IMG/VR virus record: IMGVR_UViG_3300042893_000600
Location: 1-64,000 of that record
Source of the DNA: an uncultured virus (IMG/VR IMGVR_UViG_3300042893_000600)
Taxonomy: Duplodnaviria > Heunggongvirae > Uroviricota > Caudoviricetes
DNA: 64,000 nt
Direction: 5' to 3' (one strand)
Below the pieces are notes generated by a model. It did not search any database and was not told the DNA's origin. It worked only from the letters and a program-made list of their open reading frames with translations. Position numbers and translations under genes: made by a program. Within the stretch, counting starts at the first letter, position 1, and each line of letters opens with the position of its first letter. Shown here piece after piece: positions 28,101-39,109 of this stretch.

Positions 28101-31100
28101 TAAACAAGGACAGACCAAAAACAAGCCCATATTACCTGTCAGATATGTTTGGTTACACAGCTTCGAATAGAATAGAATATACTGTTTTAGATTCAAGAAT
28201 AAAAACATATCCGTTAACTAGCAAGTTTGGATTATCAACACTATCTAATAAAAGTGTCAACATTTATCTAAACGGAGACCAACTTGTACACGGCCGAGAT
28301 TACGTATTTGGCGATGACGTATTTTTCGAACTGTTAATTGACATCGTACAAGACGACCTTATTGAAGCATACGAGTATGAAACTACTGACGGATGTTTTT
28401 GCCCTGCCACTCCTACTAAGCTAGGGTTATATCCTAAATTTGAACCTAAGATTTATCTAGACGATACTTACGCTGAACCTACTCGAGTAATACAAGGACA
28501 CGATGGTAGCATCACTATTGCCTTTGACGATTACAGAGATGACTTAATTTTAGAATTAGAAACTAGAATTTTTAATAACATAAAATGCGAGTATAATTCA
28601 GACATTTTTAATATTCACGATTATATTCCAGGCTACAGCAGAACAACTCTGTATTCATTTAAAGAATTTAATAGAATACTATCTAAGTATTTCTTCCAGT
28701 GGACAACTAACATTCAAGAAGATTATACAAAACATATTGGGTACGATCAAACTGATAGTTTTACCTATAACTATCGAGGCAACTTCACACCTGACAATCA
28801 GGATGTTCCCGCAGCATGGCGCGGAATTTATACCTGGTTACTAGATACAATTCGCCCGCATAGTCATCCATGGGAATGTTTAGGATTTAGTATTGAACCA
28901 TCTTGGTGGCAAGATGTATATGGTCCAGCGCCATATACAAGTGATAACTTAATTCTATGGGACGACATTAAGGAGGGTATTATTCGACAACCTGGCGTGC
29001 CTGTTAGACGGGATGTTAAATTTGCTAAGTCCTCGCTAGCTTATGGATTACCAGTCAACGACCAGGGCGTATTAATAAGCCCTAAAGATTCGGGAATGGT
29101 ATCTGGTACTATACGATCAGGCGACAGCGGCTATTTTGAATTTGGAGATCAAGCCACAGTTGAATCAGCATGGAGACGCAGTAGCTATTATGCGTTTGCT
29201 CTTATTGAAACATGTCTGCTAATGCAGCCTAACAGTGTGTTAGGTCGATGTTTAGATAGAAGTAGAATTGTAAAAAATTTAAATAACCAATTAGTATATT
29301 CTGAAACTGGTTTACGTCTACGATTAGAAGATATTGTTATTCCATCAACTAGCAACAGAAATGTAGATACCAGAGCTTATACTTGCGGCCTAATCAATTA
29401 TCTAGTAGATTACCTATCAGGCGATAATGTCTTACGACTAGACGAATACCAGTTAGATTTAACATCTCTAACAAATAAAATAACAACACGTATAGGATCG
29501 TTTACCAGCCAGCCCAAATATAAAATTTTATTAGACAGTAAAACTCCTAGCAGTACAGGCGGTGTGTTTGTGCCAGAAGAAAATTATTATGTAGATTTAA
29601 ATATTTCTAGTGCCATAACAAAAGTTGTTTATAGCGGAGTAATAATAACAAAATTTGCTGACGGATTTGAAGTAAAAGGTTATAATTTTGACAATCCGTA
29701 TTTCACTTATTATCCATCTAGACAAGATGACAGGGTAATAAATGTTGGAGGCATTAGTGAAGGTTACATTACTTGGAATTCTGGCCAAATTTATGCTGCT
29801 GGTAAGATTGTTAAAAATAACAATCAGTATTACAGAGTAAAAACTAATCATACAAGTGTTGAAACATTCGACAGTCAATACTATGCTAGACTAGCTGAGT
29901 TGCCGGTTGTAGGCGGCAGAGACGCTATTTTAAGAAAAACTTGGGATTACGATGAGCCGCAAACTGTGGCATACGGTACTAAGATAACAACTATACAAGC
30001 TATGGTTGATTTTTTACAAGGCTATGGAGCCTATCTAGAACAACAAGGTTTTGTTTTCGACGACTTCAACAACGAGCTTGCCGTTATTACCAATTGGGAA
30101 ACTAGTGTAAAAGAATTTCTATTCTGGTCAACTCAAAATTGGGCCGCAGGTGCAGTTATAAGTTTAAGCCCAGCCGCTAACCGATTAATTTTTAAATCTA
30201 ATATTGCTGCCGTAGATGACCTTACAGATCCATTTTACGGATATAGTATTTTTAGAGTTGATGGTCAAAAATTAGATCCTGAGTTTATAACAACTTATAG
30301 AAAAGACGGCGAATTTACGTTACAGCCGCAAGATACAAATCACGGAATATTTGGAGCTACTTTATTTCTTGTACAAAAAGAACATATTGTAGTATTAGAT
30401 AATACAACGTTATTCAATGACACAGTGTATGATCCTGAAGCAGGATACAGACAAGAAAGAGTTAAGGTACTAGGTTACGTTACTAGCAACTGGAATGGCA
30501 GTTTTGAAATTCCAGGTTTTATCTACGACAGAGCTATTGTTAATGCGTGGACACCTTGGACTGATTTTGCGTTAGGCGACATTGCTAAACACAAAGAGTT
30601 TTATTATAGTGCTAAAAGTTTCTTAGTAGGAACAGAAACATTTAATGATGATAGCTGGGTATTATTAACAGAAAAACCCAAAGCAGAACTATTACCTAAC
30701 TGGGATTATAAAGCTGAGACTTTTGCTGACTTTTATGATTTAGATACTGACAATTTAGATAGCGGACAGCAAAAAATTGCTCAACACTTAATTGGATATC
30801 AGAAACGTCAGTACCTTGAAAACATTATTCAAAATGATGTAAGCCAGTACAAGTTTTATCAAGGCATGATTATTGAAAAAGGCACACAGAATGTTTTAAA
30901 CAAACTGTTTGATGTGCTAAGTGCCGATGGCATGGAAAGTTTAACATTCGACGAAGAGTGGGCATTCCGTGTTGGAGAATATGGCGCAGTGGATACATTT
31001 GACGAAGTTGAATTTAAATTAGACGAAAGAGAATTTAAAACTAATCCTCAACCGATTGAGTTAGTAAATTCTATCGATCCGTTGCTAACAGATTTTGTCT

Positions 31101-34100
31101 ATAGACAACGCCCTGTTGATGTTTATGTTAAGCCATATAACTACACTAATGATATTTGGCCAGTTAAAACTACCGGCACATATTTAAGAACTCCGGGATA
31201 TATACGCTCGGAAGATGTAAAACTTAGCATAGATAATTTACAAGATTTAATCACTGTTGACATTTCGTCTTTTAAAGAAGGTGATTATGTATGGTGTGCG
31301 TTTGAAAATCGAGACTGGAATGTTTATAGATTTAGTAAAACACCTTTTAAGATTAACAATATTACATACTCGAACAAAGTAATAACTATTGTTTGTGATA
31401 AAGTAATAACGTTAACTGTTGGAGATGTAGTAGGGATAGAGAATAGTGTCTCTGTTCAAGGATTCCACATAGTTGCTTCAGTTTCTCTTAATACATTTAC
31501 TGTATCTAAAGAAGTACAAGGTTGGCAAACTTGGACTGACCAAGATACAGTGTTAAGTTATCAATTTAATTTACATCGAGTTGAAAACATCGATAACGCG
31601 AATTCTATTATTCCACGTTATATTAAACCTAACGAATTAATTTGGGCAGACAACAACGGACACAGTAAATGGTCAACGTATCAATACGCTCCTGTTTATA
31701 GTCAAGGTACAATTTTAAATATCGACGTTAGGACAAATTTAAACTTTGGTTTAGCAACAGCAATTACTGACGACGGAAACGTGGCTGCTGTAACAGATAT
31801 CGACGGCGTTACAATTTATGAAAAAAGTTCTTCGGATAATGTATGGTTAAGTAAACAACGCATTTTGACTACCGCTGTATTGTCGCCTGGCGAGTTTGGT
31901 TCTCTAATCAAATTTAGTAAAGACGGTCGCTGGTTGGCAATTTCAGCACCATTGGCAGATATTGGATTTACAAATCAAGGGTGTGTATTCTTATACGAAC
32001 AAGGCACCGACGGACAATTTGATTTATCAAATACTATTGTTAGTCCTGTACCTTCAGCTGGCGAAAAATTTGGTATAAATCTTGCTTTTGGAAGAAAACC
32101 TAACCCTACTGTTTTGTATAGCGCACTAACAGGCACATACACTGAAAACGGTAACGGAGCAGTATGGACAGTTACACGTATCGGATCTTCTTATGTATTA
32201 CTAGTTTCCGACAGAGGCTTGCGATATAAAGCCGGCGAAACTATTGTCATTCCAGGATCTCAATTGGGCGGCACAAATGTTGACAACGATTTAACCATCA
32301 TTATCAATACAGTAGATTCTGTCACTGGATCTATAGAAAACTTTACTTACACTGGTTCGGGCCTAGGCGATGTTTATATCTTGGCAATAACAGCAGAAGG
32401 TTATAACAGCAATCAGGGTAGAGTTTACACTTATAAATTTGACAGTATTACAGTATGGAATCAATTTGTAACATTGTCAACTAGTACGATTTCGGGTGAC
32501 TACTTTGGATACGATTTAGCAATTGACACTAATTTAACAATCGTAGCGTCTGCTCCATCAGCAGATACCGAATCTGGTAAAGTATTTGTATATTCTTATA
32601 CTGGATCTAACTATTCCTTGGTTAAGACATTAGTAGGTAACATAGTTGACAACGCTGAAAGATTTGGCGAAAGCGTATCGATAACAACAGACGGTGACTA
32701 TATTGCGGTTGGTAGCACATTAATGAATGTCAGCAACAAGAAAGATGTAGGGCAAATCTTAATCTATAAGCAATCAGATTCTACATATACTACGGGCACG
32801 CCTTATCAAGTTATTGATAGTCCCCGTAACGAAGTTAACGAACGTTATGGTACCGACATTGAATTTATGAATAATAAAACACTAGTAGTGTTTTCTAAAA
32901 ATGGTAACATAGAAAATATCACGGTGTTTGATGAATTATCTACTACATTCGATAACAGTAATTTACAACTAATCGATGTAGCAGTGGATGTAGGCCGTAT
33001 TGATATTTTTGATATGTACAACACTAAATTTGTCTACGGCGAGAGTCTAGATAATATCAGTGTTATTAATTCTGGTTACGGTGAAGAAATTGCTGTGGGC
33101 AATAATACTGTCTTGGTAAGTGCTATTAAAGAAACTAGTCAAGGTTTTACAAATTCAGGAAACGTTTATTCTTATATCAAGCCCGGAGAAAAATTTAGCT
33201 GGATGCCTATTCACACGCAAGTTGATAGCGTAGACATAGGAAAAATTAAAAAAGTTTATCTCTATAATACAGTAACTAACGAGCTAGTAAAATATTTAGA
33301 CGTCATTGATCCTTTACAAGGTAAGATCCCAGGAGTAGCAGATCAAGAAATCAGATATAAAACTTTCTACGATCCTGCTATCTATTCTGTTGGAACATCG
33401 TCAGTTAATGTTGATGACGGTATGAATTGGACTACGGTACAAGTTGGTCAACTATGGTGGGATCTAACACGAGCTAAATTCTTAGATACTCAAAGCGGCG
33501 ATGTAATTTACAGAACAAGTAGCTGGAATACACTGTACGAAACAGCAAGTATAGACGTTTACGAATGGGTAGAAACTTCGTTATTGCCTTCAGCTTGGAT
33601 TAAGCAATCAAGCACTGATGCCGGAATAGCCAGAGGTATCAGCGGCACACCAAAATACAGCGACGAAGTTTATAGTGTTAAAAAACGTTACGACTCTGTT
33701 AGTAAAACTTTTAAAGAAACTTATTTTTATTGGGTAAAAGGAAAAAAAGATGCTCCTAACGTTTCAGGCAGAACGTTGAATAGTTATGATGTAGCACAGT
33801 TAATTGCTGATCCTGCTGGATATGGATATAGCTTTATTGCTTTCACAGGCACAAATAGTTTCGCATTAGTGAATTGCGAAAAATATTTACAATCTAATAA
33901 TGTTGCGTTAAGTGTACAGTATTGGTTAAGCGATAACAAAACTAGCAACTATCATAGTCAGTGGAAATTATTGAGTACTAATAGAAACACTATTATACCT
34001 ACAGCTATTGAAGAAAAGTGGTTTGACAGTTTAATTGGCAAGGACTCCAATGACAGAGTTATACCTGATACTAGCTTGCCGTTAAAGAACCGACACGGTA

Positions 34101-37100
34101 TTGAATTTAAACCTAGACAAAGTATGTTTATGAACAGAGTCGAGGCTCTTAAAGTTTTTGTTGAAAGTGTAAATGCTTCTATTAAAAATGAACTTATTGC
34201 CGATGATTATGACCTTGCCGAATTAGATACTTACGAACCTATACCAAGCGCAGTGTCGGGATTGTGGGATATTGCTATAGACACAGATTCAGAATTACGA
34301 TTTATTCCTACTACACTACTTCAAACAGCAGTGTTAAAACCTATAATTATCAATGGTAGAATTACGGGTATCACAATCGTTTCATCAGGATACGGATATG
34401 GCACACTTAGAGAATACCCTAAGACTAATACACTAGATCCTGATAGATGGTATGGTCCTAATGTAAAAATTACAGGTAGCGGTATAAACGCTAAAATTAA
34501 ATCTATAATAGATGCTCAAGGCAAAATTGTTGACTATGAAATAGAAAATAGCGGTGAGGGATATACAGCGAACACCGCCATTATTGTTCGAGATGTATCG
34601 GTACTCGTTAGAAGCGACAGCGAGTCGTTAGATTTATGGAGCATCTATTCATGGAGTGCTCGCATCGAACAATGGTCTAGAATAAAAAGTCAAAGCTATG
34701 ATGTTAGAAAATATTGGCAGTATTTAGATTGGTACGCCGATGAATACAATCAATTTGTAAAGATAGACTATCTTGTAGAGAACACTTACGAATTAACAAC
34801 TACCTATATGGATGTTGGCAGCATTGCCAAAGTTAGGAACGTGGGCCGCGGCGGCTGGCTGCTACTACTAAAAGTTGCTGATACACAAACAATAGATTAC
34901 ACACAAAATTTCACAGTTATTGGCAGACAGAATGGTACAATAAAATTCTTAGAATCACTGTATCAATTCAAAGCTAGTACACTGGGATTCGATGGTCCGT
35001 TGTTTGATGCTGATATTTTTGATAACAGTCCTACGACAGAATTGCGAATAATTCTTGAAACAATACGAGACAAAATCCTAATCGATGAATATCGCACATC
35101 CTACTTAAAAGTATTTTTTGCCTGTGTTCGATATGCACTAAGCGAACAGACGTTTATCGACTGGGCGTTTAAAACTAGCTTTGTCAAGAGTCAACATAAT
35201 GTAGGTGAGCTAAAACAAAAAGTCACTTACAACAGTGACAATTTAGAATTTTTTGAAGAATACATTAAAGAAGTTAAACCCTATAGAACTAAAGTACGTG
35301 AGTACGTTAGTAACTACACTTCACTAGATTATTCTCAAAGTTCAGTATCTGATTTTGATTTACTACCTGTGGTTAACGATAACAGAAGTGTTGCGCCTTT
35401 GTTGGTTCAAGTAAATGATAACGCTGAAATTGTTACAGATTTTAGTGAAATATTAACATATCCATGGCGCCATTGGCACGATACCGTGGGCTTTGAAATT
35501 ACTTCTATAGAAATAGTAGATGGCGGCTCCGGATATATTACCAAGCCGATAGTAAAAATTTACGAAGAATATCAAGGTATAGTTTATAAATTATCCAATA
35601 GTGTGGCAGCAGAAGCAAAAGCCTACATATCAAACGGACGAGTGAATAGAATAGAATTAGTAAGCAGCGGCACACGCTGGATACGAGCTCCTAGAATTGA
35701 AATCATAGGAGGTCTAGCAACTACCGGATCTGCTGCCACCGCAGTGGCAATTATAGGCCAGGGTGTGGTTAGAAGTAACTATGTTAAAATTAAATTTGAT
35801 AGAACTAGCAAAGTTTATGAAATTACAGAACTTATATCAGTTGAAACGTTCTCTGGTACAGGTTCACGAACTCAATATTTGTTAAAATGGGCACCTGATA
35901 TAAAGGTAGGTGAAAGTTATGTAACTATTGATAATGCTGAAGTACTCAGGGATGATTATACATTAGAAGTTGTCAAATCTGTAACTAAAGGTTATACTAG
36001 TTACAGTGGACAAATTACTTTTAAAAACGCACCTCCTGCCAACAGCGCAACACCAGTTAACATTCGTATTGAGTACAAAAAAGATTTTGTACACTTAAAT
36101 GCTCCTGATAGGATTAATTTTTACTATGATCCACAAACGGGACAGCTGGGTAAAGATCTAGCACAGCTAATGACTGGCATTGACTACGGTGGTGTAGAAA
36201 TCACTGGCCTCGGGTTTGGCGTTAATGCCGGCTGGGATGCACTGCCGTGGTTTAGTGAACCGTGGGATACTATTGATCCTGAATTTGAAGATTATATTGT
36301 AACTGTTAGTTCGATAACATATTCTTATCGTATGCCATATGTTCCAGAGGAAAATCAACAGATCAATATCTATATTAGTCGATATACTGGCACAAGCTAT
36401 GAACCTTCTATTAGAATAGATGATCCTAACTATGCTACAATTTTACAAACAAACAATGACGCATTAATGCTATCCTTTACAGGAGATGGTGAAATTGATA
36501 TTATCAATTTGCCAATTACAGTAGCGTTATCTGTAGATGATAGATTGATATTCCGTAAGGATACTAGCGATGGTAGTTACGGAGCACGTCCAGACGAATA
36601 TGATACAAAATTAAGTGGCGGCAATTTAGCCTATACCAGTGCTACGGGATTGGCAGCAGACGACATAATTCTAGACGGGGACGACTTAGTAAGCGCAAAT
36701 ACTAGTTACGCTCCTGAAGAAGTTGTTCCTGGGCAAGTTATGGACACTGTGGCAATCAAAGTCTATCACAGACCAAGCGGCGGCTGTCCGAACATAATGT
36801 TTAATCATCATCGTGGCAACGCATCTACTACAGATTTTAAAATAGGTCAATATTTTCCTAACGATAGTTCGGTAATAGTAAAAGTTGATAATCTAATTAA
36901 AACTTTAAGCGTGGATTACACTATTGATTATCAAAACAACAATATTGTTTTTAACACTGCTCCGAGTCAGGGTGTTGCGATTGATATTTTAAGTATCAGT
37001 TTCAACTCTGCCAACATATTAGATTTAGATTATTTTATTTCTGATGGTGTTACCACTGAGTATTTGACAAAAGCCAATTGGTTGCCTACAATAGCATCAA

Positions 37101-39106
37101 CAGTTCTTGTTAATGGCGCAGTCGTTGCCTATGAACTATTCAGCACAGACGATCAGTACACTGATGTAGTAGGTCAAACATGGAGGAGTCGAGCAGGGAT
37201 TAGATTTGAAGCAGTACCTCCAGCAGGCGCACTAATTAATTACATTATTGATACATCAGTTGCAGACCAAACGTCTAGTGTTGTAAAATTAGAAAATTTA
37301 ACTTACACAAGTGTTGATACATATCCTCTGGGAAATATCATAGGCTTAAATTCTCCACTGGATCAGAATGTGTTGGTTAAAACTAATCAAACAATATTAA
37401 AACCTGCAAGTGCTAATTATTTTATTATTGAAAATTCTATGCTTGAATACTCTTTAAGAGATTACAAGTATCTAGGAGTAACTATAAATCCTGGTAACGT
37501 TAAAGTCTATAAAGATAATACATTACTGGCATATGGCACAGAATATATATTGGATTTTGACTATACTGGAATTGTGTATGGCATTGACTCAACATCTTTA
37601 ACAATCACCGGCGGCACAGGCTATGTTGTAGGTGATGTATTGGATGCTGTTGGCGGCACAGTTTCACCTACTGGCAGCTTGGCAAAATTCGAAGTGGTAT
37701 TTGTAAATGGGTCGGGCAAGATTCAACTATTAGAAATTGTTGACGCAGGATCATATGATGTGCCGCCTACTAACCCAATTAACCTATCGGGTGGCTCGGG
37801 CATTGGCGCAGCGTTATCTGCTAATTTTGAAATTATTCAAGACCAGCCAAACATAACTGTTAAATTAAAACCCGATGCTTACACTGACGGATCCGCATTA
37901 ACAGTGTTGGTAGACTCTAACGCAGACTATATTATAAATTCTGATAATTCTATAACATTTAATAATTCATATCCTTCTAATACACCTTTTGAAATCATAA
38001 GTTTTTATAACCACAATATTTTAAAAGTTGAAAGAACTATTGACGAGTTAATCCCTGCTGCTTCTTTAACAAACGGAACTACAGAATATTACGAACTTGT
38101 TAGCAAATTGGGCGGCAACTTTAAATTACGTAACACAGCAGTGTCCGGTGATTTTGTATGGGTAATTAAAAACGGAGAGCTGTTAATGCATGGCATTGAT
38201 TATTATCTTCAAGATGATTTTATTACTGTTAAGTTAGCAGACTCATTGTTTAGTTCTGATGTGTTACAGGTAATGGCCTTTACAAATGTAGTAGTCCATG
38301 AAAGTTTTGCTTATATGCAATTCAAAGATATCTTAAATCGTGTACACTATAAGCGTCTGAACAAATCAAAATCTACACTACTTGCTAGGGATTTGTTCCA
38401 GTTTGATAAAGAAATTCATGTGGATGATGCTAGTACATTAGACAATCCGATGCCTAGCAGAAACGTGCCTGGTATTATAGAAATTAACGGAGAACGCATC
38501 GAGTACTTTGTAAAAATTGGAAATGTGCTAAGTCAGTTACACAGGGGAACGTTGGGTACTGGTATGCCTAATTACCACAGCGCAGACAGTTTAGTTCAAG
38601 GCCTTGGCGCAAGCGAAACTATTCCGTATAAAGATGAAAGCATCGTTGTAACTCATACTGTTTCTATAGGCGACCTTGGCATAGTAACATTACCTTATAT
38701 TCCTAGCATAAATGATATGGAAGTGTTTATAGCAGGGTATAGATTGAAAAAACACCAATATAGTGTTTACTCTAATTTAAATTATCCATATAGCACAGAA
38801 GGTGATGTGGTGTTTAATGCTGAGTTCGAAATTAACGGCACTGTCCAATTACAATTAAATGTGACAGATCTTACAGTCAAAGGGCTATTTGTTCCGGGAG
38901 TTAAGATAACTGTGGTAAAACGTCAGGGTAGATTATGGAATGATATAGGTCAACGATTGGCAAAATCTAACAATCCTATTGCTAACTTCCTTAAAGAAAC
39001 TGGCACAAACTGGGTAGAAACATACCTAGATAAATATGAAGATAGAGTCTTGGGCGGTGACGGAAACCCACTCTCAGCTGGTGACGGCGAACCTTTGGAA
39101 TACTAA
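25151..39106 (+). CDS. Giant baseplate wedge protein (gp7 position), 4651 aa
   Basis: Uninterrupted ORF coupled to gp6. Contains FG-GAP-like propeller repeats (FG...A.S.DG..LA..AP...G.V..Y), G.GY repeats, Ig-like repeats and EVKPYRTK. Confidence 0.75.
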   Translation: MAYSNDQNEPKVPISNVEKRSSADLLPRFYRTPGNKKFLQATVDQLIQPGTVKKLNGYVGRQTAKAVVSSDTFLEAADQTRQNYQLEPAAVIQDYLGNTTFFKDYIDHINHISVFDGVVDNHSRLNREEFYSWNPNICWDKFVNYQQYYWLPFGPRPIEVLGNELEIISTYSVTGVDETDNVAYLFNPEGPLEGLIRNPKIRLFRGQTYIFDINVVGHPFSIKTQRTAGDLYRYTKGVDAYAVENGKITFTVPVDAPDVLFYVSENAVDTGGVFHVLDITENTAINLTTDFVGKKEYVIPNGTAEGLRISNGMKLSFGGQVTPEEYANDFWYVEGVGTAIRLVRDKDLEVRTSFNEETSILFDDNPFDQLPFGDASTLPSTKDYITINRSSSDKNPWSRYNRWFHQDVIIASAAANNVQSGLDQTQRAIRPIIEFNAGIKLHNHGLSSKQNIDVIDNFTKDVFSTIEGSLGYNVDGIDLADAMRVIFTKDTDILVRNKIYRVNFIDVVVPSRQLSFNGTTSVNITNNTFTFASEHGLSSSNRVTYLNNGFDTLPGLTNRQVYYVKVIDSFTIELHTNTALTKQVDIFSAVDAVYKFEVFSGSRRQITLTEESDAVAILYESVTINYGTQETLTSSINGNQGQTYWFTGTTWKLAQIKTKVNQAPLFDLFDKNQISFTDTSVYDGSTFEGNKIFSYKVGTGTVDSELNFPLTYQNINNIGDIVFEFNLLTDKFAYKEITNVLYKDTATGYLKISKDINRAAYENGWTTSLIEDSQPVVRVFKDHIYNGTTIPFPIDVFDNKNDLTDLEVRVYINGNRLAKDQYTVTTSVVRKQVELTTAVTTTDVVTLRCFAKQAKNSNGYYELPISLQNNPLNHNVEQFTLGQVIDHVGSIVDNITTFTGTYPGYGNLRDIGNLSPYGVRFVQHSGPMNLSLYHIGSKSSNVVKAIDMARNDYGKFKRAFIVAATESGIDTDPRRHVDFVLQMINKDRPKTSPYYLSDMFGYTASNRIEYTVLDSRIKTYPLTSKFGLSTLSNKSVNIYLNGDQLVHGRDYVFGDDVFFELLIDIVQDDLIEAYEYETTDGCFCPATPTKLGLYPKFEPKIYLDDTYAEPTRVIQGHDGSITIAFDDYRDDLILELETRIFNNIKCEYNSDIFNIHDYIPGYSRTTLYSFKEFNRILSKYFFQWTTNIQEDYTKHIGYDQTDSFTYNYRGNFTPDNQDVPAAWRGIYTWLLDTIRPHSHPWECLGFSIEPSWWQDVYGPAPYTSDNLILWDDIKEGIIRQPGVPVRRDVKFAKSSLAYGLPVNDQGVLISPKDSGMVSGTIRSGDSGYFEFGDQATVESAWRRSSYYAFALIETCLLMQPNSVLGRCLDRSRIVKNLNNQLVYSETGLRLRLEDIVIPSTSNRNVDTRAYTCGLINYLVDYLSGDNVLRLDEYQLDLTSLTNKITTRIGSFTSQPKYKILLDSKTPSSTGGVFVPEENYYVDLNISSAITKVVYSGVIITKFADGFEVKGYNFDNPYFTYYPSRQDDRVINVGGISEGYITWNSGQIYAAGKIVKNNNQYYRVKTNHTSVETFDSQYYARLAELPVVGGRDAILRKTWDYDEPQTVAYGTKITTIQAMVDFLQGYGAYLEQQGFVFDDFNNELAVITNWETSVKEFLFWSTQNWAAGAVISLSPAANRLIFKSNIAAVDDLTDPFYGYSIFRVDGQKLDPEFITTYRKDGEFTLQPQDTNHGIFGATLFLVQKEHIVVLDNTTLFNDTVYDPEAGYRQERVKVLGYVTSNWNGSFEIPGFIYDRAIVNAWTPWTDFALGDIAKHKEFYYSAKSFLVGTETFNDDSWVLLTEKPKAELLPNWDYKAETFADFYDLDTDNLDSGQQKIAQHLIGYQKRQYLENIIQNDVSQYKFYQGMIIEKGTQNVLNKLFDVLSADGMESLTFDEEWAFRVGEYGAVDTFDEVEFKLDEREFKTNPQPIELVNSIDPLLTDFVYRQRPVDVYVKPYNYTNDIWPVKTTGTYLRTPGYIRSEDVKLSIDNLQDLITVDISSFKEGDYVWCAFENRDWNVYRFSKTPFKINNITYSNKVITIVCDKVITLTVGDVVGIENSVSVQGFHIVASVSLNTFTVSKEVQGWQTWTDQDTVLSYQFNLHRVENIDNANSIIPRYIKPNELIWADNNGHSKWSTYQYAPVYSQGTILNIDVRTNLNFGLATAITDDGNVAAVTDIDGVTIYEKSSSDNVWLSKQRILTTAVLSPGEFGSLIKFSKDGRWLAISAPLADIGFTNQGCVFLYEQGTDGQFDLSNTIVSPVPSAGEKFGINLAFGRKPNPTVLYSALTGTYTENGNGAVWTVTRIGSSYVLLVSDRGLRYKAGETIVIPGSQLGGTNVDNDLTIIINTVDSVTGSIENFTYTGSGLGDVYILAITAEGYNSNQGRVYTYKFDSITVWNQFVTLSTSTISGDYFGYDLAIDTNLTIVASAPSADTESGKVFVYSYTGSNYSLVKTLVGNIVDNAERFGESVSITTDGDYIAVGSTLMNVSNKKDVGQILIYKQSDSTYTTGTPYQVIDSPRNEVNERYGTDIEFMNNKTLVVFSKNGNIENITVFDELSTTFDNSNLQLIDVAVDVGRIDIFDMYNTKFVYGESLDNISVINSGYGEEIAVGNNTVLVSAIKETSQGFTNSGNVYSYIKPGEKFSWMPIHTQVDSVDIGKIKKVYLYNTVTNELVKYLDVIDPLQGKIPGVADQEIRYKTFYDPAIYSVGTSSVNVDDGMNWTTVQVGQLWWDLTRAKFLDTQSGDVIYRTSSWNTLYETASIDVYEWVETSLLPSAWIKQSSTDAGIARGISGTPKYSDEVYSVKKRYDSVSKTFKETYFYWVKGKKDAPNVSGRTLNSYDVAQLIADPAGYGYSFIAFTGTNSFALVNCEKYLQSNNVALSVQYWLSDNKTSNYHSQWKLLSTNRNTIIPTAIEEKWFDSLIGKDSNDRVIPDTSLPLKNRHGIEFKPRQSMFMNRVEALKVFVESVNASIKNELIADDYDLAELDTYEPIPSAVSGLWDIAIDTDSELRFIPTTLLQTAVLKPIIINGRITGITIVSSGYGYGTLREYPKTNTLDPDRWYGPNVKITGSGINAKIKSIIDAQGKIVDYEIENSGEGYTANTAIIVRDVSVLVRSDSESLDLWSIYSWSARIEQWSRIKSQSYDVRKYWQYLDWYADEYNQFVKIDYLVENTYELTTTYMDVGSIAKVRNVGRGGWLLLLKVADTQTIDYTQNFTVIGRQNGTIKFLESLYQFKASTLGFDGPLFDADIFDNSPTTELRIILETIRDKILIDEYRTSYLKVFFACVRYALSEQTFIDWAFKTSFVKSQHNVGELKQKVTYNSDNLEFFEEYIKEVKPYRTKVREYVSNYTSLDYSQSSVSDFDLLPVVNDNRSVAPLLVQVNDNAEIVTDFSEILTYPWRHWHDTVGFEITSIEIVDGGSGYITKPIVKIYEEYQGIVYKLSNSVAAEAKAYISNGRVNRIELVSSGTRWIRAPRIEIIGGLATTGSAATAVAIIGQGVVRSNYVKIKFDRTSKVYEITELISVETFSGTGSRTQYLLKWAPDIKVGESYVTIDNAEVLRDDYTLEVVKSVTKGYTSYSGQITFKNAPPANSATPVNIRIEYKKDFVHLNAPDRINFYYDPQTGQLGKDLAQLMTGIDYGGVEITGLGFGVNAGWDALPWFSEPWDTIDPEFEDYIVTVSSITYSYRMPYVPEENQQINIYISRYTGTSYEPSIRIDDPNYATILQTNNDALMLSFTGDGEIDIINLPITVALSVDDRLIFRKDTSDGSYGARPDEYDTKLSGGNLAYTSATGLAADDIILDGDDLVSANTSYAPEEVVPGQVMDTVAIKVYHRPSGGCPNIMFNHHRGNASTTDFKIGQYFPNDSSVIVKVDNLIKTLSVDYTIDYQNNNIVFNTAPSQGVAIDILSISFNSANILDLDYFISDGVTTEYLTKANWLPTIASTVLVNGAVVAYELFSTDDQYTDVVGQTWRSRAGIRFEAVPPAGALINYIIDTSVADQTSSVVKLENLTYTSVDTYPLGNIIGLNSPLDQNVLVKTNQTILKPASANYFIIENSMLEYSLRDYKYLGVTINPGNVKVYKDNTLLAYGTEYILDFDYTGIVYGIDSTSLTITGGTGYVVGDVLDAVGGTVSPTGSLAKFEVVFVNGSGKIQLLEIVDAGSYDVPPTNPINLSGGSGIGAALSANFEIIQDQPNITVKLKPDAYTDGSALTVLVDSNADYIINSDNSITFNNSYPSNTPFEIISFYNHNILKVERTIDELIPAASLTNGTTEYYELVSKLGGNFKLRNTAVSGDFVWVIKNGELLMHGIDYYLQDDFITVKLADSLFSSDVLQVMAFTNVVVHESFAYMQFKDILNRVHYKRLNKSKSTLLARDLFQFDKEIHVDDASTLDNPMPSRNVPGIIEINGERIEYFVKIGNVLSQLHRGTLGTGMPNYHSADSLVQGLGASETIPYKDESIVVTHTVSIGDLGIVTLPYIPSINDMEVFIAGYRLKKHQYSVYSNLNYPYSTEGDVVFNAEFEINGTVQLQLNVTDLTVKGLFVPGVKITVVKRQGRLWNDIGQRLAKSNNPIANFLKETGTNWVETYLDKYEDRVLGGDGNPLSAGDGEPLEY

Positions 39107-39109
39107 AAT

